The notes: generated by a model from the letters alone, not told the origin. Counted from the first letter of the stretch, positions 42,698 through 52,718 are shown. The stretch is 64,000 nt of DNA from Flavobacteriales bacterium UBA4466 (GCA_905182895.1 CAJJDD010000002.1:46620-110619); one strand, 5' to 3'. Made by a program: numbers and translations.

Positions 42698-44614
42698 TTA
42701 TACAGTTAGATTTCCTAGGTTTTTAATAAGTGTAGAAAGGTCATTTCTCCACTTGTAATCTCTGGCGTATAGAATGTTCATTTTCTGAATAATATCTATT
42801 GAAGCAGACTCTTTTACCGTAGGAATGATGCATGGTTTTAGGCTTGGTAGGTCTTTAGGCTTATTTATTTTCCCTGCATACCCCACCAGAGTTTTGCTGC
42901 CAAGGACTAATTTACATAGGTTTTTCACCAATTGAACTACTGATCTGTTCATGATGGTCAGAATGGGTAAGAGTAAGAATAGGAGTAAGCCTGCCAGTAA
43001 ATCGAATGTTCGCTTTTTCTTTTTATTCTCGTTTTTAGAAATAGAGTTCACGTCTAGAATAAATAGATCTCCTTTTTTGTCGATGCTATTACTGCCAATA
43101 ATATATAGAGATTCTGGCGGTGCAATTTTGAAATCTATATGCTTATTACCAGACAAACTCATTAATCGAATAATGTCTGATGAGCTTAAATTGACTGCGC
43201 AAAAAACGATTTCATTCAAGTTATATACATTGATTAATTCGTCTATTTGCTCGATTTTTTCCTTCTCCTTTTCGATGTCGAAATGGATGTACTCAGAATC
43301 TAAAGTTCTGGTTTGAGAAATTAATTCTGTAACTCTAGTGTACTCGGCAGTATCACCTATGATTCCGAATCGGGTGCTCTTGTCTGTTCTAAATGGAAAG
43401 CGCTTTTTAGAGATCGTGTTCAATAACCCTCTTGACGCCATTAAGTATACTCCCGCGATAAGAGGTGATAATAAGATTATGGCTCTAGAGAAGCGCATCG
43501 TGTCTGGCATTAAACTATAAATCCCTAGTGAAATAGCGAAACCTAGAATACATGACTGAAAGAGGCTCCACTTTTTCCATGGTTTTCGAAAGGCTCCTCG
43601 GAAGAAGAGTGAGCTTATGTAGACCGCAGAAACTCCGAGTAGGACCTTATTGGTTAGGTCTTTATCGTAGTCTATTAGTTGCCATTGGCCATACCATTGC
43701 AACGCAAAAAGGAATAGTCCAAATAGCACCAAAAAATCGACTGTAGGAAGAGTGATTTTCTTAATAAATCGCACGAGTATGGACCAGGATGCTCTTAGCC
43801 AAATAGCGATGTTTATCAGTCTAGAAAAGATAGCGGCATTTTTAGAGCTGAAATGCTTTTTGGCGAAAATCACCATGGCGTTATAGAAAACGAAGACGTA
43901 GTTCAGGCTTCCTTTTTTTGTACTTTCTCCTTTATAATGAATAATGCTGGTTTCTGGGAAATAATAATTCTTATATCCACCAAGAATAATTCTGTAGCTG
44001 AGATCGATGTCTTCTCCATACATGAAATACGCCTCGTCTAACAACCCTACTTCATCCAATGCTTTTTTTCTCATAAACATAAAAGCACCACTTAGAATTT
44101 CTATTTCATTCGTATCATCAAATGATAAATGGCCTAGGTAATATCTGTTAATTCTCTTCGAGTTGGGGAATAACTTATTTAGTCCGGTAATTTTATAGAA
44201 AGCTGTTTCTGGGGTAGGAAGACCTCTTTTCGATTCAGGAAGGATGATTCCTTTTCCATCGACCATCTTTACGCCTACGCTCCCTGCGTCAGGTCGTTCA
44301 TCCATGAAGGTGATGCATTTTTTAAGCGTATCCTCCTCTATTACTGTGTCGGGATTTAGTAGAAGAACGTACTCAGCTTGAGACATTCTCATAGCTTGGT
44401 TATTCGCTTTACTGAAACCTAAGTTTTCTTTGTTGTCCACTACGATAACAGAAGGAAATTTTTCTTGTACCATTTTCACAGAGCCATCCACCGAGGCGTT
44501 GTCTACCATGTAGATGTCTACGTCTAATTCATTAGAGGCCTTGAGCACAGAAAGAATACACTGCTCTAAAAAGTACTCTACGTTATAATTAACTATGATT
44601 ACGGATAGTTTCAT
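42698..44614 (-). CDS. Family 2 glycosyltransferase fused to a membrane and WbaP-like (CoA-binding-type plus degenerate sugar-transferase) C-terminal region
   Basis: The likely start is MKLSVIIVNYN (ATG at 44614, directly abutting the recR stop). GT2 motifs are VDNASVDGS and LLNPDT. Several TM helices follow. The tail contains KRTFDLLAGLLLFLLLPIL and LGSKTLVGY but not the catalytic core in between. Confidence 0.7.
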   Translation of the reverse strand: MKLSVIIVNYNVEYFLEQCILSVLKASNELDVDIYMVDNASVDGSVKMVQEKFPSVIVVDNKENLGFSKANNQAMRMSQAEYVLLLNPDTVIEEDTLKKCITFMDERPDAGSVGVKMVDGKGIILPESKRGLPTPETAFYKITGLNKLFPNSKRINRYYLGHLSFDDTNEIEILSGAFMFMRKKALDEVGLLDEAYFMYGEDIDLSYRIILGGYKNYYFPETSIIHYKGESTKKGSLNYVFVFYNAMVIFAKKHFSSKNAAIFSRLINIAIWLRASWSILVRFIKKITLPTVDFLVLFGLFLFALQWYGQWQLIDYDKDLTNKVLLGVSAVYISSLFFRGAFRKPWKKWSLFQSCILGFAISLGIYSLMPDTMRFSRAIILLSPLIAGVYLMASRGLLNTISKKRFPFRTDKSTRFGIIGDTAEYTRVTELISQTRTLDSEYIHFDIEKEKEKIEQIDELINVYNLNEIVFCAVNLSSSDIIRLMSLSGNKHIDFKIAPPESLYIIGSNSIDKKGDLFILDVNSISKNENKKKKRTFDLLAGLLLFLLLPILTIMNRSVVQLVKNLCKLVLGSKTLVGYAGKINKPKDLPSLKPCIIPTVKESASIDIIQKMNILYARDYKWRNDLSTLIKNLGNLTV

Positions 44615-44615
44615 G

Positions 44616-45239
44616 CTACTTGGCCATGGAGTCTGAGTAAGGAGAACGATTGGTGATGGATCTTCCCAATGAGATTTCATCGGCGTATTCGAGGTCATCA
44701 CCTACGGCTATGCCCCGAGCGATAGTGGTTACTTTGATGTTTAACGGGTCTAATTTCCTGAAAAGATAAAAGCCGGTAGTTTCTCCTTCCATATTTCCTT
44801 TGAGGGCTATAATTACTTCTTTGAGGGCTTTTTCTTCTGCTCGTTCTATCAATGATGAGATGTTAAGGTCATTTGGTCCTATACCGTCCATAGGAGAGAT
44901 CACTCCGCCTAAAACATGGTAAACTCCGAAATATTGAGAGGTGCTTTCTATAGCTAATATGTCCCTGATGTCCTGTACGACACATATCTGAGATTGATCG
45001 CGACTCTTAGAGTTGCAAATAGAGCACAACTGTTCATCAGAGATATTTCTACATTTTTCGCAAAACTTTATTTGAGCCTTTAATTTGGTGAAAGCACTAG
45101 AAAATCTATCGATCTCATGGGTTTCTCTTTCTAGTAAATTTAAGACCAGTCTTAACGCTGTTTTCCTTCCTATACCTGGAAGAGAAGACATCTGGTCTAC
45201 TGCTTCTTCTATTAATTTACTCGAGGAACTGTTGTTCAT
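44616..45239 (-). CDS. recR: Recombination protein RecR
   Basis: HhH (LPGIGRKTALRL), Cys4 zinc finger (CEKC...CSIC) and Toprim (ICVVQDIRD). Confidence 0.92.
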   Translation of the reverse strand: MNNSSSSKLIEEAVDQMSSLPGIGRKTALRLVLNLLERETHEIDRFSSAFTKLKAQIKFCEKCRNISDEQLCSICNSKSRDQSQICVVQDIRDILAIESTSQYFGVYHVLGGVISPMDGIGPNDLNISSLIERAEEKALKEVIIALKGNMEGETTGFYLFRKLDPLNIKVTTIARGIAVGDDLEYADEISLGRSITNRSPYSDSMAK

Positions 45240-45358
45240 GGCTCAAAGGTAATGCACTGCGCATAACTTGTATATCTCTGTGGGTAAAAAATCTGTGACA
45301 GAGGTTTAAACTTTCTAAATGTCTATGAAATTGCATGTGTATTAAAAAAAAATATCAC

Positions 45359-46882
45359 ATGACCCCTGGACTTATATTAGGATTTGTTGGATTATACTTC
45401 ATAGTGCTCTTTGCCATAGCTAGATGGACCTCTAAAGGTGCTACTAATTCAGATTTTTTTGTAGCTGGAAAAAAAGCTCCTTGGTATTTGGTAGCCTTTG
45501 GAATGATAGGCGCATCTCTTAGTGGTGTTACTTTTATTTCTATTCCAGGACAGGTTGCTGGGAGTGAGTTTAGCTACATGCAGATGGTTTTAGGTTACAT
45601 CTTGGGTTATGTAGTGATCGCTTATGTTTTAATCCCAGTTTTTTACAGGCTTAATTTAGTTTCTATTTATACCTACTTAAAAGGGAGGTTCGGAACAGTA
45701 AGTCATAAAACTGGAGCTGCATTTTTTCTTTTTTCCAGAACGTTAGGAGCAGGAATTAGACTTCTTTTGGTGGCCAATGTTCTTCAGTATTTAGTTTTTG
45801 AACAATGGGGAGTGCCATTCGAGATTACCGTATTATTATCTATAGCATTAATTTGGCTCTACACACATAAAGGAGGATTGAAAACGATTATTTGGACAGA
45901 TACTCTTCAGACGGGGTTTATGCTTGTTTCTCTTGGTTTGACGATTTACTTTCTTTCTGTAGGTTTGGGTTTCGAAGGCATTTCGGAAACGTTCAGTCAG
46001 GTCGGAGATAGCAAATACGCGAAGATTTTCTTTATGGACGACTGGTTAAGCGGAAATTATTTTTACAAGCATTTTTTCGGAGGAATGTTCATAGCTATCG
46101 GCATGACAGGCCTAGATCAGGATATGATGCAGAAGAATCTAAGTTGTAAATCAGCCAAAGAAGCACAGAAGAACATGATGAGTTTTACCGCTGTGCTGGT
46201 TTTCGTGAATTTATTTTTTCTAGGTTTAGGTGCTCTACTCTATATGTATGCTAGTAAGACGGGAGTAGAAGTGCCTGTTGTCGATGGAGTTCCAAGAACA
46301 GATTTACTTTTCAGTAAAATAGCTTTGAATTCGGGATTAGGAATGTCTGTAGCTATTTTCTTCTTGCTTGGATTGATAGCGGCGGCTTATTCTAGTGCTG
46401 ATTCTGCGCTAGCTTCTTTAACCACTTCTGTAAGTGTGGATTTTTTAGACATAGGGTCTAAATCAGTTTTAGATCAGGAAAGAGTGCGAAAAAGAACACA
46501 TATAATAATGTCTGCAGTGTTATTTGTGGTCATTCTAATTTTAGACAAAACATTCGATAGAAGTGCGATATTTCAGATCATATTTCTTGCTGGTTTTACT
46601 TACGGTCCGCTTATAGGCCTCTACTTCTTTGGGTTATTTACTAAACTTAAAGTGTCTGACAGTTGGGTTCCTTTAGTTTGTTTGAGCTCAGTGGCAATTA
46701 CGGTGTTCTTGTGGTATACTTCTTTTAGAGCACTAGAGGGCCAAGTGGCAGAACAGTGTTTATTCGGAGGGTATAGATTCGGGGCTGAGCTGATAATAAT
46801 TAATGCATTATTGACTTTTATAGGAATGCTGATTTTAAGTGCGGTGGGTGGGTTTAAAACGATGGATAAGGTAGGTTTATAA
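45359..46882 (+). CDS. Sodium:solute symporter family transporter
   Basis: About 13 TM helices. SSF-like blocks (DFFVAGKKAPW, GGLKTIIWTDTLQ). The track ORF starts at 45335, but ATG 45359 (MTPGLILG) seems more likely. Confidence 0.8.
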   Translation: MTPGLILGFVGLYFIVLFAIARWTSKGATNSDFFVAGKKAPWYLVAFGMIGASLSGVTFISIPGQVAGSEFSYMQMVLGYILGYVVIAYVLIPVFYRLNLVSIYTYLKGRFGTVSHKTGAAFFLFSRTLGAGIRLLLVANVLQYLVFEQWGVPFEITVLLSIALIWLYTHKGGLKTIIWTDTLQTGFMLVSLGLTIYFLSVGLGFEGISETFSQVGDSKYAKIFFMDDWLSGNYFYKHFFGGMFIAIGMTGLDQDMMQKNLSCKSAKEAQKNMMSFTAVLVFVNLFFLGLGALLYMYASKTGVEVPVVDGVPRTDLLFSKIALNSGLGMSVAIFFLLGLIAAAYSSADSALASLTTSVSVDFLDIGSKSVLDQERVRKRTHIIMSAVLFVVILILDKTFDRSAIFQIIFLAGFTYGPLIGLYFFGLFTKLKVSDSWVPLVCLSSVAITVFLWYTSFRALEGQVAEQCLFGGYRFGAELIIINALLTFIGMLILSAVGGFKTMDKVGL

Positions 46883-46958
46883 GGTTAGGTTTACAATAAG
46901 TTGTGTTTTCTGATTTATCTTTTACAGACGCTTTCTTTAATTTAATTTCCAAATCAAA

Positions 46959-47768
46959 ATGAAAAAAATTTTATTCTTTTTTACTGCGGTAATTAGCGCA
47001 GTAAGTATTAATGCCCAAATCGGAGCTACAGCTCCAGATTTTACTGTTACTGATATTGGTGGTAACGAGATTAGTCTTTATGCTGATATCCTTGACCAAG
47101 GATATGTGGCTATACTAGACTGTTCTGCTACATGGTGTGGTCCTTGTTGGGCTATGCACGATTCTCATACATTACAAGAGGTTCATGAGGCATATGGTCC
47201 AAACGGAACTAATCAGGTGAGGGTTGTTTTTTATGAGGCAGATGCGGAAACGACACAAGCCGATTTAGAAGGAACTGGTCCAAGTACAATAGGTGATTGG
47301 ATAACAGGAGTTACTTACCCTATCGTAAATGAAAGTCCTCTGCAGTTATCTGGAGGTGAATATTGGCCGTTAGGATTTCCTACAGTTAATGTTATCAGAC
47401 CAAGTGATGGAGTGATAGTAGCAGACCCATGGAATCAAACTACTTTCGAGAGTTTCGTTGCAGCAGTAAACGCTGTAGACACGGGCGTTACTTTAGGAGC
47501 AGTTAATGTATCTGAAGCAGATGCTGAAAACGCAGATATTAATGTTTATCCTAACCCGTCATCTGATTGGGCTACTCTGAGTCTTTCAGGATTTACCGGA
47601 GCGGTGAATGTTCAAGTTTACGATTTATTAGGGAAAGAAGTAATGTCATTTACTTCTAATTCATTTAAAGAGGTGGTTGATGTAACGAGCTTAGAAATAG
47701 GTAGCTACGTGGTTAAGGCTACTAGCGGAGTTTCTGAGATCACTAAAAGAATTAGTGTAATTCGATAA
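46959..47768 (+). CDS. Thioredoxin-fold (TlpA/redoxin-like) secreted protein with T9SS C-terminal domain
   Basis: Signal peptide, WCGPC active site and CTD (INVYPNPSSDWATLSL...GSYVVKA). Confidence 0.75.
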   Translation: MKKILFFFTAVISAVSINAQIGATAPDFTVTDIGGNEISLYADILDQGYVAILDCSATWCGPCWAMHDSHTLQEVHEAYGPNGTNQVRVVFYEADAETTQADLEGTGPSTIGDWITGVTYPIVNESPLQLSGGEYWPLGFPTVNVIRPSDGVIVADPWNQTTFESFVAAVNAVDTGVTLGAVNVSEADAENADINVYPNPSSDWATLSLSGFTGAVNVQVYDLLGKEVMSFTSNSFKEVVDVTSLEIGSYVVKATSGVSEITKRISVIR

Positions 47769-47796
47769 TTTTTTAGCATAATTAATGCTTGATTTA

Positions 47797-47826
47797 GGGC
47801 GATCCATTTGGGTCGCCTTTTTTTGT
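47797..47826 (+). terminator. Rho-independent terminator
   Basis: GGCGATCC-ATTT-GGGTCGCC stem followed by T7. Confidence 0.65.
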
Positions 47827-47881
47827 TGGAAAAAGTAAGTGAAAACTTAAGAAAGTAACGTGCTTTTTATTGGAGGTTTAA

Positions 47882-47889
47882 TAGCTTTG
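47882..47889 (+). promoter_or_regulatory. Candidate -7 box (TAgcTTTG) for the aminotransferase gene
   Basis: TAGCTTTG lies 46 nt upstream of ATG 47935. Confidence 0.3.
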
Positions 47890-47934
47890 TAACGCATAAA
47901 TGAGTAGTTAACTCCACTTAAATAAAATAATACC

Positions 47935-49134
47935 ATGAGTACTAAAACCTATGTTTCTGATTTACTTAATCGTCTTCCTGAGTCGGCTACTTTGGCCATG
48001 GCAAGAATGAGTAGAGAATTAAAAGAATCTGGAAAAGATGTTAATATCTTTGAGTTTAGGTGAGCCTGATTTTAATGCTCCAGACTTCGTGAAAGAGGCG
48101 TGCAAGCAGGCTGTAGATGATAATTACTCTCATTATCCACCAGTAAATGGGTATGGAGAATTAAGAGAGGCTATTTGCCATAAGTTTAAAAGAGACAATG
48201 ACTTAGTGTATACACCAGACCAAATAGTGGTCAGTACAGGTGCTAAGCAGACTATAAGTAATATCGTTTATGCATTAGTGAATCCAGGAGATGAGGTGTT
48301 GTTGCCAGCTCCGTTTTGGGTGAGTTATGCTGCTATGGTTCAATTGGCAGGAGGAGTTCCAGTAATTATTCCTACCCAAATAGAAAATGATTTTAAAATT
48401 ACACCATCACAATTAGAAGCGGCGATTACGCCATAAAACAAAGCAATGATTATCTACATCAGCCTTGTAATCCATCAGGTTCTGTTTACAGTAAAGATGA
48501 GTTAACAGCTTTAGCAGAAGTGATCAAGTCTAAGCCAGACTTTTTTGTGGTATCTGATGAGATATATGAACATATTAATTATACAGGAGAGCATGCTAGT
48601 TTAGGAACTATTCCTGGCATTTTTGACCAAGTAATTACTGTGAACGGTGTGAGTAAAGCTTTCGCTATGACCGGATATAGGATAGGCTATTTAGGAGCGC
48701 CAACATGGATAGCTAAGGCTTGTTCTAAAATGCAAGGCCAGGTTACCTCTGCTCCATCTGGTGTGAGTCAAATGGCTGCTAAAGCTGCAGTTTTGGCAGA
48801 TCCGTCTTCGGTTTCTTACATGAAAGATGCTTTTCTTAAAAGAAGAGATATGATGCTAGAGAAATTAGGTGAAATACCGGGGTTAAAGTTAAACGTACCT
48901 GAGGGAGCTTTTTATATCTTTCCTAACTGTATGGAATTACTCGGAACTGTAACTGATGATGGGAAGGAGATTAACACGTCTTCTGATCTATGCATGTATC
49001 TTTTACAAGCAGAGAATGTAGCTCTAGTAGCAGGAGATGCTTTCGGTGCGGCTGAATGTTTTAGACTTTCATACGCAGCTAGTGAAGAGATGCTAGTAGA
49101 GGCTAGCAGAAGGTCCGTCTCTAGCATTTGGTAA
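47935..49134 (+). pseudogene. Class I/II pyridoxal-phosphate aminotransferase (aspartate/aromatic type), disrupted by two frameshifts and one in-frame stop
   Basis: ATG 47935 (MSTKTYVSDLLNRLPESATLAMARMSRELKESGKDV) shifts near 48045 into ORF 48038..48436. An in-frame TAA lies at 48434-48436 (ITP-stop-NKAMII). A shift near 48450 follows (QPCNPSGSVYSKDEL). The PLP lysine block SKAFAMTGYRIGY is in ORF 48520..49134. Confidence 0.85.
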
Positions 49135-49157
49135 ATTAAAAAAACAGAACTAAGCCT

Positions 49158-50147
49158 GTGGATTATAAGTCTATAGTAAACAGTTTTCAAGGAGCGAATG
49201 TGCTTATAGTAGGCGATGTGATGATAGACGCCTACTTGTCTGGTAGCGCAGATAGAATTTCTCCAGAAGCTCCAGTTCCTGTCTTAAAAATTGATGAGGA
49301 AGTCTATAGATTAGGCGGGGCTGCCAACGTGGCTTTAAACGTGATGACTTTAGCCGCTAATTCTATTATTTGTTCAGTGATAGGCGAAGTGAAATCGGAA
49401 AGGTTTTTAGGCCTTCTGCGTGAAAGAGGTTTTTCTGAAAATGGAATTATTCTATCTAAGGATAGAAAAACCACACAAAAAACGAGGGTTTTAGATAAGG
49501 GAAAACAGCTTTTAAGAGTAGACGAGGAAAGTACTCATGACTTAACTGCTGATGAAGAAAACAAACTTCTGTCCCGAATAGAAGAAATAGTAAATGCAAA
49601 TTCGATAGACGTTCTAATTCTTCAAGATTATAATAAAGGAGTGCTGACTAGTAATGTGATTACAAAATGTATCCAGCTCTGCAAGAAAGGTAATATTCCT
49701 ACCGCGGTAGATCCTAAGTTAAAGCACTTTTTATCGTACAAAGGAGTCACTTTATTCAAGCCAAATCTTAAAGAAATTAATGAAGGGCTGAACCTTGAAG
49801 TGAGCGGTGATAATTTGGAATCGTTAAAGGCGGCTATTGAAGCGCTAGAAGGAGAATTAGAAAATCAAATTTCCTTTGTCACTCTTTCGGAGAATGGAGT
49901 GGTCATAAATGAAGGCGGTAATTTTATTCATCTTCCTGCTCACCACAGAGACATAGTAGATGTGTCAGGTGCTGGAGATACCGTTATTAGCGTAGCGGCT
50001 CTCTGCCTGGCTAGAGGGGCGAATATAAAAGAACTCGCAGAGCTGTCTAATTTAGCGGGAGGATTAGTCTGTGAAAAAGTAGGGGTGGTTCCTATTAATA
50101 AAGAAGAGCTAATTTTAGCTTCAGAAAACCAACTGGATGTCCTTTAG
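49158..50147 (+). CDS. PfkB-family sugar kinase, RfaE/HldE domain I-like (heptose-7-phosphate kinase-like)
   Basis: VLIVGDVMIDAY...ISPEAPVPVL...GGAANVA N-terminal pattern and C-terminal DVSGAGDTVISV. Confidence 0.7.
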   Translation: MDYKSIVNSFQGANVLIVGDVMIDAYLSGSADRISPEAPVPVLKIDEEVYRLGGAANVALNVMTLAANSIICSVIGEVKSERFLGLLRERGFSENGIILSKDRKTTQKTRVLDKGKQLLRVDEESTHDLTADEENKLLSRIEEIVNANSIDVLILQDYNKGVLTSNVITKCIQLCKKGNIPTAVDPKLKHFLSYKGVTLFKPNLKEINEGLNLEVSGDNLESLKAAIEALEGELENQISFVTLSENGVVINEGGNFIHLPAHHRDIVDVSGAGDTVISVAALCLARGANIKELAELSNLAGGLVCEKVGVVPINKEELILASENQLDVL

Positions 50148-51966
50148 CAATCTCAGAGAAAAGGCGAATTTTTTCTTATATGAGAATAAATCTCAGGTAC
50201 TGCTTATTTGTCGTATTTCCCATGTAATTATTTCTTTCACTGCATTAATAGTGTTGGGCTTTCTTTATGGATTTGATCATTCGGCAGATGAAAAGAAATT
50301 TCTCCTCGGAATCATAGAGGCTTCTTTTGTATTCTACTCTCTCTACTTTTTTATTCGATGGATTTACGAATTTAACCCCAGGGAGTTCATCAAGAAAAAC
50401 TGGCTAGAGTCCCTAGTCATACTCACTCTTGTAGTAGAAGGAATAAGCTACAATATATTTGGAGTATTCCTACTAGAAGAATTAGCTAAAAGTTCTAGTA
50501 TATCTGATTATACAGACATTTCTAATGTCCTCATTCAGTTGTATTTTTTCTTTACTATCCTTATTACATCTGGGAAAGGAGGGAGGCTCTTCTCTTCGGT
50601 TAAAGTCCATCCAGCCATGGTCTTTATTTTTAGTTTCTTACTGCTTATATTTATAGGAACAGTGCTGTTAATGCTCCCTAAAATGACTCATACTTTCAAT
50701 GGAATGGGGTTCGTAGATGCTTTGTTTACGAGTACAAGTGCTACCTGCGTAACCGGTTTAATGGTAGAGGATGCAGCTAATTTTTTCACCTTTAGAGGTC
50801 AAGTTATTATTCTGATTCTAATCAAGCTTGGTGGGTTGAATATCATAGCTTTTGGTTACTTTATGGCATTTGCAGGTAGGCTTGGGTTTAAGGTGAAGCA
50901 GCATGATGTGATAGAAGATTTCGTGAATAAAGAAACAGCTCTTAACGCACGAGCTATGCTCGGGAAAGTGGTGGCTTGCAGTATAGGAATAGAGATACTG
51001 GGAGCGCTAATGTTATTTGCGGTTTGGGGTCAGGACATGTTTGCTACGCTAGGAGACAGAATTTACCACTCCATATTTTTATCTGTTTCAGCGTTTAACA
51101 ATGCTGGAATATCACTGTTTACCGATGGATTAGCTGATATGGAATCTGGTGTAGGAACTAACTATTTAGTGCATTTAGTAGTCACGTTTGTGGTGTTCTT
51201 CGGGGCATTGGGAATGGTGGCTATATTTGATTTATTCGACCCTAAGAATCTTAGAGAGCGACTTCAGAAGCCCTGGAAAACCATTTCTTTCAGCACTAAG
51301 ATAGCGCTCTATTTCTCGCTTATTTTGGTAGGAGTAGGAGCCCTGGCATACTTCTGCTTGGAGTATAACAATACCTTAGCTGATTTAGGACCAGTAGAAG
51401 CCATTATCACTTCCCTTTTTCAATCCGTGACTAGAACTTCTGGATTTAATACTGTAGATATCGGTTCCATAGGAGCGCCTATGCTTTTCTTGATGATTAT
51501 TCTAATGTTCATAGGGTCATCTTCAAGCTCCACGGGCGGAGGGATTAAAACCAGCACATTCGCAGTGATTCTGGCAGATGTTACCGCTACTATTAAGGGT
51601 TTGAAACACACGTCATTATTTAAAAGAACTATTCCAGCTGCGCTAAGATCTAGAGCTTATGGGGTGTTGGTTATATTTATCGTAGGAAATGCGGTAGGAA
51701 TTTTCATTTTAAGTATATCAGAAATCGAGATACTTAACACGCATAAAGATGGTATGTTAGCCTTAGTTTTCGAGCAGGTTTCTGCTATGGGAACAGTAGG
51801 GCTCTCCATGGGTATAACTCCCGATTTAACTGATGTGGGAAAAATGGTACTGGCCGTGAGCATGTTCGTGGGAAGGGTGGGAACACTGACGGTAGCCTTC
51901 GCTTTGGGAAGAAAGCTTATAAGTAAGAATTTTAAATATGCCGAAGGTCATACGATGGTCGGTTAA
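50137..51966 (+). CDS. TrkH/KtrB family potassium transporter
   Basis: Repeated M-P-M units with selectivity-filter-like TATCVTG, AFNNAGIS, RTSGFNTVD and SSSSTGGGIKTST. Confidence 0.85.
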   Translation: MSFSNLREKANFFLYENKSQVLLICRISHVIISFTALIVLGFLYGFDHSADEKKFLLGIIEASFVFYSLYFFIRWIYEFNPREFIKKNWLESLVILTLVVEGISYNIFGVFLLEELAKSSSISDYTDISNVLIQLYFFFTILITSGKGGRLFSSVKVHPAMVFIFSFLLLIFIGTVLLMLPKMTHTFNGMGFVDALFTSTSATCVTGLMVEDAANFFTFRGQVIILILIKLGGLNIIAFGYFMAFAGRLGFKVKQHDVIEDFVNKETALNARAMLGKVVACSIGIEILGALMLFAVWGQDMFATLGDRIYHSIFLSVSAFNNAGISLFTDGLADMESGVGTNYLVHLVVTFVVFFGALGMVAIFDLFDPKNLRERLQKPWKTISFSTKIALYFSLILVGVGALAYFCLEYNNTLADLGPVEAIITSLFQSVTRTSGFNTVDIGSIGAPMLFLMIILMFIGSSSSSTGGGIKTSTFAVILADVTATIKGLKHTSLFKRTIPAALRSRAYGVLVIFIVGNAVGIFILSISEIEILNTHKDGMLALVFEQVSAMGTVGLSMGITPDLTDVGKMVLAVSMFVGRVGTLTVAFALGRKLISKNFKYAEGHTMVG

Positions 51967-51983
51967 TTAAGAAAAACAATATT

Positions 51984-52718
51984 TTGGGAACTAAAGTAAC
52001 TCCGTATAGTAATGAGGCGAGTAAGAAAGAACAAGTAGCTGAGATGTTCGATAACATAGCACACAGCTATGATTTTCTGAACCACTTTTTCTCTTTAGGA
52101 ATAGATAAGTTATGGCGTAAGAAAGCTATAAATATTCTTAAGAAAGAGAACCCAGGTAGTATTTTAGATGTGGCCACAGGCACAGGAGATTTCGCATTGC
52201 AAAGCATAAAAAACGGTCTTCCTTCTACCGGAAAAATAACTGGATTAGATATCTCTAACGGTATGTTAGAGGTAGGAAGAAAGAAAATAACCAAGAAAAA
52301 TCTATCTGATAGAATAGATATGGTTCAGGGTGATTCAGAGAACATGCCGTTTGAGGACAATACGTTTGACGCTACCATGGTAGCTTTTGGAGTGAGAAAC
52401 TTCCAAAACTTAAAGCCTGGATTACAGGATATGTATAGAGTAATCAAACCAAATGCTTTATGTGTAGTGCTTGAATTTTCGAAGCCAAAAGTATTTCCGA
52501 TTAAACAATTATTCGGATTTTACTTTAAAAGGATCATGCCTTTCTTTGGTAAACTGGTGAGTAAAGACGCTAGAGCTTATACTTATCTTCCCGAGTCTGT
52601 AGACGCTTTTCCAGAGGGTGAGGCGTTTAAAGGAATTATGAAGGAGTGTGGTTATAGAGAGATAGAGCAGAAAATGCTTTTTGGAGGAGTAGCTTCTATT
52701 TATTGGGGAAGGAAGTAG
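51984..52718 (+). CDS. ubiE: Demethylmenaquinone/ubiquinone C-methyltransferase
   Basis: VAEMFDNIAHSYDFLNHFFSLGIDKLWRKKA and SAM motif ILDVATGTGD. The C-terminal GVASIYWGRK is typical of UbiE/MenG. Confidence 0.88.
   Translation: MGTKVTPYSNEASKKEQVAEMFDNIAHSYDFLNHFFSLGIDKLWRKKAINILKKENPGSILDVATGTGDFALQSIKNGLPSTGKITGLDISNGMLEVGRKKITKKNLSDRIDMVQGDSENMPFEDNTFDATMVAFGVRNFQNLKPGLQDMYRVIKPNALCVVLEFSKPKVFPIKQLFGFYFKRIMPFFGKLVSKDARAYTYLPESVDAFPEGEAFKGIMKECGYREIEQKMLFGGVASIYWGRK

Noticed and set aside
42278-42700. Calling a prophage or mobile element on the basis of the glutaredoxin-like fragment.
   Set aside because: There are no integrase, capsid, terminase, att sites or other phage genes in the vicinity. 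A 32-codon fragment and one orphan ORF support only an unexplained scar.
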